In this document: piece after piece, positions 56,119-64,000 of the stretch | Layout: every line of letters starts with the position of its first letter | How positions within the stretch are numbered: the first letter of the stretch is position 1 | The notes under the pieces: model-generated | What the model saw: the letters and a program-made list of their open reading frames with translations, nothing else | Database searches by the model: none | Told to the model about the DNA's origin: nothing | Assembly: GCA_937952265.1 (NCBI GenBank) | Contig: CALFYW010000055.1 | Location: 149,030-213,029, forward strand | Reading direction: 5' to 3' | From: an uncultured bacterium | GTDB lineage: Bacteria > Patescibacteriota > Minisyncoccia > Phycocordibacterales > GCA-2401445 | Length of the DNA stretch: 64,000 nt | Made by a program: the position numbers and the translations under genes

Positions 56119-56394
56119 TTAACTTTCCTTCTGCTTCCTCCTCACTTTACGAGTGTAATGGAGCCAGGAAGGACCTAGAGATATGCTGTCCTCAATATCT
56201 TTCCATTCTGAACGAGAGAAGGTGGCTTTAGTGTCTTTTTCTATTCGAGCTCCAATTTTTGCAACTGCTTTTTGAAGTTCAAAAAGAGATACAATCATGT
56301 GCGCGAGGACTTCATCACGTTGTTGATCTGACAATTCTTCATGGAGGATCTTCTGAAATCGAGCCACTTCCTTTTTTGAAATCGAGATCTTCAT
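56119..56394 (-). CDS. Hypothetical protein
   Basis: 91 aa ORF continuing the transketolase operon. Confidence 0.6.
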   Translation of the reverse strand: MKISISKKEVARFQKILHEELSDQQRDEVLAHMIVSLFELQKAVAKIGARIEKDTKATFSRSEWKDIEDSISLGPSWLHYTRKVRRKQKES

Positions 56395-56400
56395 ACTTAC

Positions 56401-57390
56401 CTACGAAAGCACTCGCCGAACCGCATCGGTAATTCCTCTCTCATCCATACCATAGTGTGAGATTAATTCATCCGGAGTCCCTGATTGACCAAACACATCA
56501 CGAACTCCAACAAACTGGATTGGGGTGGGCAGATTTTCTACTAAACACTCCGCCACCGCACTTCCAAGCCCACCAGCAACCTGATGCTCCTCCACGGTAA
56601 CTAACCTTCGCGCATCACGCGCGAAGGAAATAATTCCTTTCTTATCAAGAGGTTTTATCGTAGAAACATTCAACACCGAGATTCTCACTCCTTCTTTCTC
56701 TAATGCTTGCGCTACCATGAGTGCTTGATATACCAGAGCGCCAGTAACAATAATACCTACTTCTGCTTTCCCTTCTCGAGGTTTAAAAAGGAGAGATGCC
56801 TTTCCGATCTCAAAAGGGGTTGCTTCAGTGGTAATGATTGGAGTTTTTTCACGCGCCAGTCGAATGTATGTTGGGTGAGGAGTTTTTGCGGCTTCCATAG
56901 TTGCCTTTTTTGCCTCAATAGCATCACAAGGAGAAATCACTGTCATTCGAGGGATGACTCTCATAATAGCCATATCCTCGATCGCCTGGTGCGTACCGCC
57001 ATCAGGCCCTACTGAAACTCCCGCGTGTGATCCCGCGATCTTCACCGGTTGATCGTTATAACATGCGGTTGTTCGGATCTGCTCCCAATTCCGACCAGGA
57101 GAAAACATGGCATAGGAGGTAATGAAAGGTATTTTCCCCATAGCCGCCATACCTGACGCCACTGCGGCTAAATTTTGCTCCGCGACACCAATCTGAACGA
57201 AACGATTGGGAAATTCCTTTGCAAAAAGATCTGTTTTAGTTGAACCAGTAAGATCCGCGCACAATGCAACGATACGCTCATCCACTCTCCCCGCCTCAAG
57301 GAGTCCTTTCCCATACCCTTCTCGAATTGGCGCTTGCTCAACATCAGTATCAAAAATTTTCGGATTTAATTTTAATTCTTGAGGAATCAT
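56401..57390 (-). CDS. Transketolase, C-terminal subunit
   Basis: GVAEQN, GPDGGTHQ, YIRL, VEEH..GGLGS. Confidence 0.93.
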   Translation of the reverse strand: MIPQELKLNPKIFDTDVEQAPIREGYGKGLLEAGRVDERIVALCADLTGSTKTDLFAKEFPNRFVQIGVAEQNLAAVASGMAAMGKIPFITSYAMFSPGRNWEQIRTTACYNDQPVKIAGSHAGVSVGPDGGTHQAIEDMAIMRVIPRMTVISPCDAIEAKKATMEAAKTPHPTYIRLAREKTPIITTEATPFEIGKASLLFKPREGKAEVGIIVTGALVYQALMVAQALEKEGVRISVLNVSTIKPLDKKGIISFARDARRLVTVEEHQVAGGLGSAVAECLVENLPTPIQFVGVRDVFGQSGTPDELISHYGMDERGITDAVRRVLS

Positions 57391-57400
57391 AACAACAAAG

Positions 57401-58264
57401 CTAGCTATTTTCACTAATAATTCTACCTTCGAGGCTACGGAGCGCATCGAGTGCTATTTTTGCTTCTTCGGTATTAGGTGGTTTTCCATGCCACTCATAT
57501 TTACGTTCAAAAGCAGGAACGCCTTTCCCGGGAATAGTATTCGCGAGAATCATTGTTGGACGGTTAAAGACAGCTTGCGCTTGTTCAACCGCGTCAACAA
57601 TTTCTTCAAAATTGTGACCATCAATTTCAAGTACGTGCCAATTCCACGCTTCCCATTTTGCCTTGAGTGGCTCAAGCGGCATTACATCCTCAGTGTACCC
57701 GTCGATCTGAATATTGTTGCGATCCATAATTGCAATTAAGTTATGGACTCCTTCTTTCCCCGCAAGCATTCCTGCCTCCCAAATATTTCCCGCATCCATC
57801 TCTCCGTCACTAACTAAGCAATAGAAGAATTTTGATGAAGACGTTCCGTGGTCAATACGATCCGCGAGTGCCATACCGAGAGCTTGCGAAAGCCCTGATC
57901 CAAGAGGACCCGAACTGGTCTCAATTCCGGGAAGCCATTCTCGATGCGGATGCCCTTGGAGTCGGGAAGAAAACTTACGCAACGTCATAAGCTCTTTAAC
58001 AGGAAAATAACCCGCATGTGCCATCGTTGCGTAAAGAACGGGGCAAATATGTCCATTTGAGAGAATTACGCGATCTCGATCCTCCCATTCAGGGTTTTTA
58101 GGATTGTGTTTTAAGATATGGAAATAGAGCGCCGTAAACACGTCCGCCATCCCAAGTGGACCTGCAGTGTGCCCAGACCCCGCCTCAAGAAGCATTTCTA
58201 TAATTGATTTCCTTATCTCGTTTGAAACATGGACTAACTTTTTCTTCTTTTCTTCATCAAGCAT
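57401..58264 (-). CDS. Transketolase, N-terminal subunit
   Basis: GSGH, RDRVILSNGH, LQGHP, SDGE..GNIWE, TIPGKG, WHG. Confidence 0.93.
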   Translation of the reverse strand: MLDEEKKKKLVHVSNEIRKSIIEMLLEAGSGHTAGPLGMADVFTALYFHILKHNPKNPEWEDRDRVILSNGHICPVLYATMAHAGYFPVKELMTLRKFSSRLQGHPHREWLPGIETSSGPLGSGLSQALGMALADRIDHGTSSSKFFYCLVSDGEMDAGNIWEAGMLAGKEGVHNLIAIMDRNNIQIDGYTEDVMPLEPLKAKWEAWNWHVLEIDGHNFEEIVDAVEQAQAVFNRPTMILANTIPGKGVPAFERKYEWHGKPPNTEEAKIALDALRSLEGRIISENS

Positions 58265-58946
58265 AAGTCTCTCCAATAGTTTTAAATTGAGCTAATGTTT
58301 TTTCAAAATTACCACTATGAAGCAGTGCGGATCCCGAAACTAAGCGCCGTGCCCCAGCGTTAAGGAGTTTCTCTGCCGTACCCAAACTCACTCCTCCATC
58401 AACACTTATTATAAGTTCTGATCTGTGTTTTCGCAAAAGGTTGATCTGCTCCACTACTCGATCATCAAACGCTTCGCCTTGATATCCAATTCGAGCAATA
58501 CCCATACACTGAACAAAATCGATATCCTCAAGATACGGGACCACCTCATTCACTGAGGTATCAAGGCCAAGCGCAATTCCAATTTCAGTATCTGAACCCG
58601 ACTCTCGAATCATCTTCAAAATACTCCTCATCTCCTTGGTGCTTTCAATATGCACAATGATACGCTTCACCCCTAGCGCGAGCCAGAGGTCCATCACCTC
58701 TTCGGGTCTTTCAATCATGAGATCAATCTCGTAAGAGAGGCCTGCGTACAAAGGAAGTCTTTTTCCTTGATCAAGAAAATTTTTAAGGCCCTCTCCGGTA
58801 TATGGCCAACTCACCGAAGGAGTAAAACGTCCATCTACCACATCAATCTGCATTACTGAGACTGACCCGCTAACCTGTTTTGCAATACGGGCAATCGTCT
58901 CAAAAGAGTTAGGGATCACGGCTGGAATAATTTCAATGCTACCCAT
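58257..58946 (-). CDS. rpe: Ribulose-phosphate 3-epimerase family protein
   Basis: QIDVVDGRF, DLMIE.P, VHIE, MG...GYQG, VDGG, VSGS. Confidence 0.88.
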   Translation of the reverse strand: MGSIEIIPAVIPNSFETIARIAKQVSGSVSVMQIDVVDGRFTPSVSWPYTGEGLKNFLDQGKRLPLYAGLSYEIDLMIERPEEVMDLWLALGVKRIIVHIESTKEMRSILKMIRESGSDTEIGIALGLDTSVNEVVPYLEDIDFVQCMGIARIGYQGEAFDDRVVEQINLLRKHRSELIISVDGGVSLGTAEKLLNAGARRLVSGSALLHSGNFEKTLAQFKTIGETYA

Positions 58947-59409
58947 ACCGTTCTATCTTTTTTATACGACGAATATGGCGTTCTTCTTCTGAAAATGGTG
59001 TTTGGAGCCAGATCTGAAGCGCTTCTTTGGCATCCGCTTCATCCAAGAAACGAGCTCCCAAAGAAAGAATGTTTGCATTATTGTGCTCTCGAGATACCAC
59101 TATCTCATGAGGCACACTACGCCCATCTTTAGGTTCATACTGTCCATTAAATACTACCGCTCGAATTCCCGAGATCCGATTTGCGGCAATGGCTTCTCCT
59201 TGACCAGAACCGCCGATCACCACACCTCGTGATGAAGCATCAGAGGAAACGGCGTTGGCGGTTGGAAAAATAAAATCGGGATAATCATCTTCTGGATCAT
59301 ACTCATGAGCGCCATGATCTTCTACTTCATGTCCCATCTCTTTAAGGAAAGGGATCAGTTTTTCTTTCAGCTCAAAGCCAGCATGGTCAGCACCAATATG
59401 TATCTTCAT
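58939..59409 (-). CDS. rpiB: Ribose-5-phosphate isomerase B
   Basis: GADHAGFELK, DDYPD, GGSGQGE, REHNNANILSLGAR, RHIRRI. Confidence 0.93.
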   Translation of the reverse strand: MKIHIGADHAGFELKEKLIPFLKEMGHEVEDHGAHEYDPEDDYPDFIFPTANAVSSDASSRGVVIGGSGQGEAIAANRISGIRAVVFNGQYEPKDGRSVPHEIVVSREHNNANILSLGARFLDEADAKEALQIWLQTPFSEEERHIRRIKKIERYG

Positions 59410-59441
59410 ACCACTATTTTACTATGAAGTATGGTAAGCGT

Positions 59442-60875
59442 CTACCCTCCCAATTTTTCTCTTAACAAGGTTTGCAATTTTTGAGGATTTGCGCTTCCCT
59501 TGCTTGCTTTCATTCCCTGTCCAACAAGAAACTGAAGGGAGGCGTCTTTACCTGTCCGATAACTTTCGGCGACCTCTTTATGTGTTTCGAGTATTTCTTC
59601 AACCAACTCTTCAAGTTTATCTGAGTCATTCTCCTGTAGAAGAGATGATTCTCTCGCAATAAGTTCAGGATATCCTCCTTGCTCATACATAATTTTCAAA
59701 ATATCTTTCGCTCCCCGAGAAGAAATCTCTCCATGAAGCGCCATGTGAATCAACTGAGCAAATGATTCGGAAGAAATTGTATTTGGTAAATCAAAATCAT
59801 CTTCCCCCGCTCTTTCTCGGAGCATTCCGAAAAGATCACTCACCATATAATTGACTGCGGTGCGAACAAAATCTTTTTGATCCTCTTTTCCTTCCCAGAC
59901 TTTCTCAAGAAAATCAGAAAAAATTTTATTACGTACCAAGATCTCACTCTGCTCAAGAGATATGCCGAGTTTCTGATACCGCGATCGCCGTTCCTCTGGA
60001 AGCTCCGGAATTGTCTTTTTTATGGAATTAATATCGAACTCTTTTATGTCCCCAAATACAATACGAGGGAGATCAGGATCCGGGAAATAGCGATAATCTT
60101 CAGAACTCTCTTTTTTTCGTTGCGCGATAGTCTTCTGCTTCGCTTCATCCCATCCACGCGTCTCTTGCACTACCAATTCTCCTCCCTCGAGTAATGATTC
60201 CTGGCGTTTCTGCTCAAACGCTATCGCGCGTTCAACCGCTCGGAATGAATTTAAGTTTTTCACCTCAACCTTAGTGCCTAATACATTCTTCTGAGAAGAA
60301 AGTGAGATATTTGCCTCAATACGCATCTCGCCCTTCTCCATGTTCGCATCACTAATTCCAAGATAACGCAACAATAACTGGAGCTCTTTCGCAAAATAGA
60401 CTGCCTGTTGAGAGGAAGTGATGACTGGCTCAGTTACAAGCTCCATGAGAGGAACTCCAGCACGATTAAAATCGACGAGACTTGACCCATCGCCCACATG
60501 AAGAGAGCGCGCCGTATCTTCCTCAAGGTGAATACGAGTGATAGCAACACCCGCAAGCAATCCCTCTGATACAAGCGGGTATGCATACTGGCTAATTTGA
60601 TATCCTTTAGGGATATCTGGATAAAAATAATTCTTCCTTTCGAAATAAGTTTCAGGCGCAATTTTACCTTTAACCGCACACCCTATGGCAAGAACACTCG
60701 CCACTGCTTTTTTATTGATGGTGGGAAGCGTCCCCGGATGCGCCATACATATGGGACAAATATGAATATTGGGTTCTTGTTCATGGGGGTTATTGCGAGA
60801 TGCGCAAAACATTTTTGTGTTTGTTTTGAGTTCCGCGTGAATTTCAAGACCAATAGTGGTGTAATAGGTAGTCAT
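59442..60875 (-). CDS. gatB: Asp/Glu-tRNA amidotransferase subunit B
   Basis: IGLEIHAEL, RKNYFYPD, HLEED, NRAGVPLMELVTEP, DYRYFPDPDL. Confidence 0.97.
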   Translation of the reverse strand: MTTYYTTIGLEIHAELKTNTKMFCASRNNPHEQEPNIHICPICMAHPGTLPTINKKAVASVLAIGCAVKGKIAPETYFERKNYFYPDIPKGYQISQYAYPLVSEGLLAGVAITRIHLEEDTARSLHVGDGSSLVDFNRAGVPLMELVTEPVITSSQQAVYFAKELQLLLRYLGISDANMEKGEMRIEANISLSSQKNVLGTKVEVKNLNSFRAVERAIAFEQKRQESLLEGGELVVQETRGWDEAKQKTIAQRKKESSEDYRYFPDPDLPRIVFGDIKEFDINSIKKTIPELPEERRSRYQKLGISLEQSEILVRNKIFSDFLEKVWEGKEDQKDFVRTAVNYMVSDLFGMLRERAGEDDFDLPNTISSESFAQLIHMALHGEISSRGAKDILKIMYEQGGYPELIARESSLLQENDSDKLEELVEEILETHKEVAESYRTGKDASLQFLVGQGMKASKGSANPQKLQTLLREKLGG

Positions 60876-60878
60876 GAA

Positions 60879-61799
60879 TTAATGATGATTTAATGCAAGC
60901 GCTTTTTGAGCAAGCAATATCGCTCCCTCGCGAGATCGGGCAGCAGCACGAAACCGCTTATTGTGGCAAAATACCGCATCCGAAACCCCGCTAATATCCG
61001 CAAGTTCCGCATCTCGTTTTCCCGCCCATGTTACTGGAAAAGGGTGACGATGATCAAATGAACGGGGTTCCGTTCTTACTGCCGCAATCTTCCAATAACC
61101 TGTTTTGCCTAGATCGGGTTGAATAACATAAAGCGGTTCAAGTTTTGAGGAAAGCACTCGTTCCCATGGAAAATTTTTTTCAAGAATAATGATCCTTTTG
61201 TCAGGAGTACGCTCATATGCCTCAATCACGTACTGCTCTGCTTTATGACTTGCGTTGGTATGGAGAATTTCACGATCGAGCACTAGTTTTGCAAGCTCAA
61301 GAGCTTTCATAAATGCTCGATCATAATCCTCATCACTTTTCGCCTCTTCCCAGGTAGGGCGCAAGATATACATAATATCTTGAATAAGATACGGGTAAAG
61401 GTCCTCATTCATTGACTCAAAGATACTCACTCCATTATCGAGCGCGTCAATAGGCTGTATTAGTTCACGATCAAGTTCTTGAGCTACTTTTTGGGAACCG
61501 GTTCGAATGGCTCCATAATGTTTCCAAACCAATCCAAATGATGCATAAGGAATCCCATTCTCACGAGCTCCCGCACCTGCTTCTTGGTGGTGGTCAAAAC
61601 GATTCTTCTCTGGGTCATATACCGCTCCTACATCGACCACCATGTCTCCTTTTTGAATATGGTGAGGATCTCTGGTTCGTATAATCTCTACTTGATTCTC
61701 TCCGAGGCGCTCAATATCAGGAAGAGAAAGCAGTACTGCTACCGCAAAGACGTCATCTGCATGAAAAACACCGCTATGAGTAATAATGGTTTTTTTCAT
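60879..61799 (-). CDS. MYG1 (UPF0160) family DHH-like exonuclease
   Basis: THSGVFHADD, RTRD, VDVG..YD...RFDHHQ, DALDNG, FCH. Confidence 0.92.
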   Translation of the reverse strand: MKKTIITHSGVFHADDVFAVAVLLSLPDIERLGENQVEIIRTRDPHHIQKGDMVVDVGAVYDPEKNRFDHHQEAGAGARENGIPYASFGLVWKHYGAIRTGSQKVAQELDRELIQPIDALDNGVSIFESMNEDLYPYLIQDIMYILRPTWEEAKSDEDYDRAFMKALELAKLVLDREILHTNASHKAEQYVIEAYERTPDKRIIILEKNFPWERVLSSKLEPLYVIQPDLGKTGYWKIAAVRTEPRSFDHRHPFPVTWAGKRDAELADISGVSDAVFCHNKRFRAAARSREGAILLAQKALALNHH

Positions 61800-61800
61800 A

Positions 61801-62175
61801 CTAATAGTAATGAATTACGGAGGATCTATCTTGAGTACGTTGTATAAATTTGTCCCCTAGCCACTTCACTACTGACACGAACAATGCTCCGAGAAAAGCG
61901 GATCCAAAACCACTTACCAAGAATCCTTCTACGAACGAAGCCACAAACCAAAAAAGGAGTGCGTTAATCACGAGTGTAAAGAGGCCGAGGGTTAAAATGG
62001 AGAGAGGTAGTGTGAGTAGTATAAATAATGGCCGAAGCGTGAGGTTAACGATACCTAAAATTATCGCGACAATGAGCGCAATATAAAAATTCACTACCTC
62101 AATTCCTGGTAGTACTGTTTGCGCTAAGAGAAGCGCGAGTGCCACAATAAACCATCGAGCAATAAGTGTTGCCAT
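61801..62175 (-). CDS. YvlD/DUF360 4-TM membrane protein ('phage holin' family)
   Basis: LRP..ILLTLPL.ILTLGLF..VINA motif. Confidence 0.88.
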   Translation of the reverse strand: MATLIARWFIVALALLLAQTVLPGIEVVNFYIALIVAIILGIVNLTLRPLFILLTLPLSILTLGLFTLVINALLFWFVASFVEGFLVSGFGSAFLGALFVSVVKWLGDKFIQRTQDRSSVIHYY

Positions 62176-62200
62176 ATGTGTGATATATTAACAATCCTTT

Positions 62201-64000
62201 TTAGCGAATTCGCAAAGGGTAGCAGACATTACAGACACCGAAGACTTCGAGCTTTTCAAGAAATTTAATTACCGTTAACACGAACTCGGAATGGCTCCAC
62301 GTAAGTGGCGAGACAGATACTTGCTCACCCGTAAATGGATTAATTTGTTCCGAGAGCATTCCGCTTGAAAGTGCGTGTCGGAGAACCCAATCAAGCGTCT
62401 CGCGAACCTCTTCAAGCTCTTGAGGAGTCTCCGCTGACTGAATTTGATACTGTGCAACCCAGAGAGTCGTAATAAACCAAGGATTTCCAGGAATCCCTGA
62501 ACCCTGAGTAAAATAACGATCTCCTTGATATCGTGCAATCCCGCCCTCCTTAGTATGACAAGCGAGTTCTTTTTTGACAACCTTATATGCTTCTTTAAGT
62601 AATGGATCATGGTGGGTAAGCACTCCAAACCGAAATACCCCATAAAAACTAGACGTGTCAATTGTGGTGTCGTATCGCTTCTCTCCACGCGAATCCACAT
62701 TGATTAGTTTATAAAAATAGCCGGCTTCTTTATGTACTAAGTGTTTTAAAATCGCTTCTTTTATGGTACTGCTCTCATGCCGATACCGATCGCGATCTTC
62801 TTCTTTTCCCAAGAGATCAGCAAAACGAGCAGCGGCCTCAAGTCCCCCGTAGACCGAACATGCGGTATAAGTGCTTATACCGTATTTTTCTTCCCACAAA
62901 TCATAACTTGGAGCAGGCAACTTGGTATGAGGTTCTCGGTATACGACAAGAAAATCAGCAACCTTTTGAATCAAGCTATTATAGATGCTCTCAATAAACT
63001 CAAGATCCTTCGTGACTAAATAATGCTCCCAGAGTGTTACCAAAATTAACGCGGTCTCATCTTCTTGAATGGCAAGTTGCTTTCTTCCCTCTTTATCAAC
63101 CCAAGGATGCCATGAACTGCCGAGAGAGAAATCCGCTCGATACTTATGAAGCAAATATCCTTCAGGAGTTAAAACGGTATTGATAAACTTATAGAATCGG
63201 GCCGCAAGGTCAAAATAACCCGCCTTATCTAATGCGAGCGCAATATAAGCTCCGTCACGAGGCCAGAGATATCCGTATGTATCAAGCCCATATTGAAAAA
63301 TATCCGAATCCCCCGAAGCAATAAGCGCCCCGTGATTATCAGCATGGGCCCGAATAATAAAGAGGGATTTTTTAAATAACGCTTCGATTTCAGGGGAAAG
63401 ATATTTGAAGACGAAATTCCTTTTATTTACCCACGCATGCCAGAAATCACTAGTGGTTTTAATAAGATGCGCGGGGGTTTTACTCAGAATATAATTATTG
63501 AGTTCGCATACATCTTGAATAAGTTCTGCGCTGAGAACCCAATAATAAAATTCCCATGTACCACCAGGAGAAAGAGACTCACTGAAACCGATGGTCGAAT
63601 CAACGGACCCATGCTCAATTGGATTCCTTGAGAGTGCTCCTGTCTCTGCTTCCTTCCACGTACCTTCTTTCCCATGAGCATGCATAATGCCAACACTGAA
63701 TTCATCGATGTGCTTCTCTCCATTCATGCCAGAAACCAAAAATACCCGCCTGCCTTTATAATGCACGACTGCGTGGCGATCAGGGTCATAGTATGCGGTT
63801 AATGCGGAACTTGTCTCACTAATACGAAATTGTTGATTGAAAAAGATTTTAATATCTCGCTTCTCTTTCGCTAAATTCTTTACACGGACATTTCGTATAA
63901 AAATATTGCTTTCATTATATACGGCATCAGTAAAAGAGAGTGCTAATTGCAACTTCTCATTGTGCGCATGAATATCGCCCACCATTGTCTCAGGGGCATA
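62201..64000 (-). CDS. Glycoside hydrolase family 15 (glucoamylase-like); 5' end beyond the window
   Basis: YLWPRDG, QEDET, DLWEE, RYQGD.Y, GNPW, LSEQ, PLTWSH; the frame is open to the window edge. Confidence 0.92.
   Translation of the reverse strand, partial: YAPETMVGDIHAHNEKLQLALSFTDAVYNESNIFIRNVRVKNLAKEKRDIKIFFNQQFRISETSSALTAYYDPDRHAVVHYKGRRVFLVSGMNGEKHIDEFSVGIMHAHGKEGTWKEAETGALSRNPIEHGSVDSTIGFSESLSPGGTWEFYYWVLSAELIQDVCELNNYILSKTPAHLIKTTSDFWHAWVNKRNFVFKYLSPEIEALFKKSLFIIRAHADNHGALIASGDSDIFQYGLDTYGYLWPRDGAYIALALDKAGYFDLAARFYKFINTVLTPEGYLLHKYRADFSLGSSWHPWVDKEGRKQLAIQEDETALILVTLWEHYLVTKDLEFIESIYNSLIQKVADFLVVYREPHTKLPAPSYDLWEEKYGISTYTACSVYGGLEAAARFADLLGKEEDRDRYRHESSTIKEAILKHLVHKEAGYFYKLINVDSRGEKRYDTTIDTSSFYGVFRFGVLTHHDPLLKEAYKVVKKELACHTKEGGIARYQGDRYFTQGSGIPGNPWFITTLWVAQYQIQSAETPQELEEVRETLDWVLRHALSSGMLSEQINPFTGEQVSVSPLTWSHSEFVLTVIKFLEKLEVFGVCNVCYPLRIR

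Noticed and set aside
61801-62175. 'Phage holin' as a sign of a prophage
   Set aside because: The YvlD/DUF360 family is a common chromosomal membrane protein and no phage genes are nearby.

Overview
A 64 kb bacterial chromosome segment using the standard genetic code (TGA is a stop), with most genes on the minus strand. The gene inventory and reduced protein forms (short SMC, split transketolase, NusB-NUDIX fusion, truncated PheS/PheT, sortase plus pilin, CLec-type DGR target) point to a Patescibacteria/CPR (Parcubacteria-like) genome; this taxonomy is inferred. Most of the window is housekeeping: ftsW-mraY-dac-scpB-scpA-aspS-trpS; rpoB-rpoC-dnaG-rpoD-UvrD/nuclease; rpsP-khpA-trmD; rnr; smc-rnc-nusB-rpmF-rnhB; dnaE; gyrB; pheST; tRNA-Thr; tsf-rpsB-prfA-rpmE; rplY; fba/pfkB/tkt/rpe/rpiB; gatB; MYG1; GH15. 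Two accessory zones stand out. The first is an AT-rich stretch at about 6.5-14.5 kb with three parts: a 2.7 kb module bounded by a perfect 26-bp direct repeat (DUF6875-like protein, small Trp-rich ORF and a second monomeric PheRS-like ligase); an acyltransferase / FeeM-like N-acyl synthase / methyltransferase / 7TM histidine kinase operon; and a decayed GrrM/OscB-type cyclophane (triceptide) RiPP locus whose precursor has four aromatic-X-Lys motifs. The second, at about 42-44 kb, holds a sortase with a pentapeptide-repeat IPYTG substrate and a GC-rich gene with the marks of a diversity-generating retroelement target, with no RT or TR in the window. At least 11 genes have a -10 box 6-8 nt before the ATG, suggesting widespread leaderless transcription.
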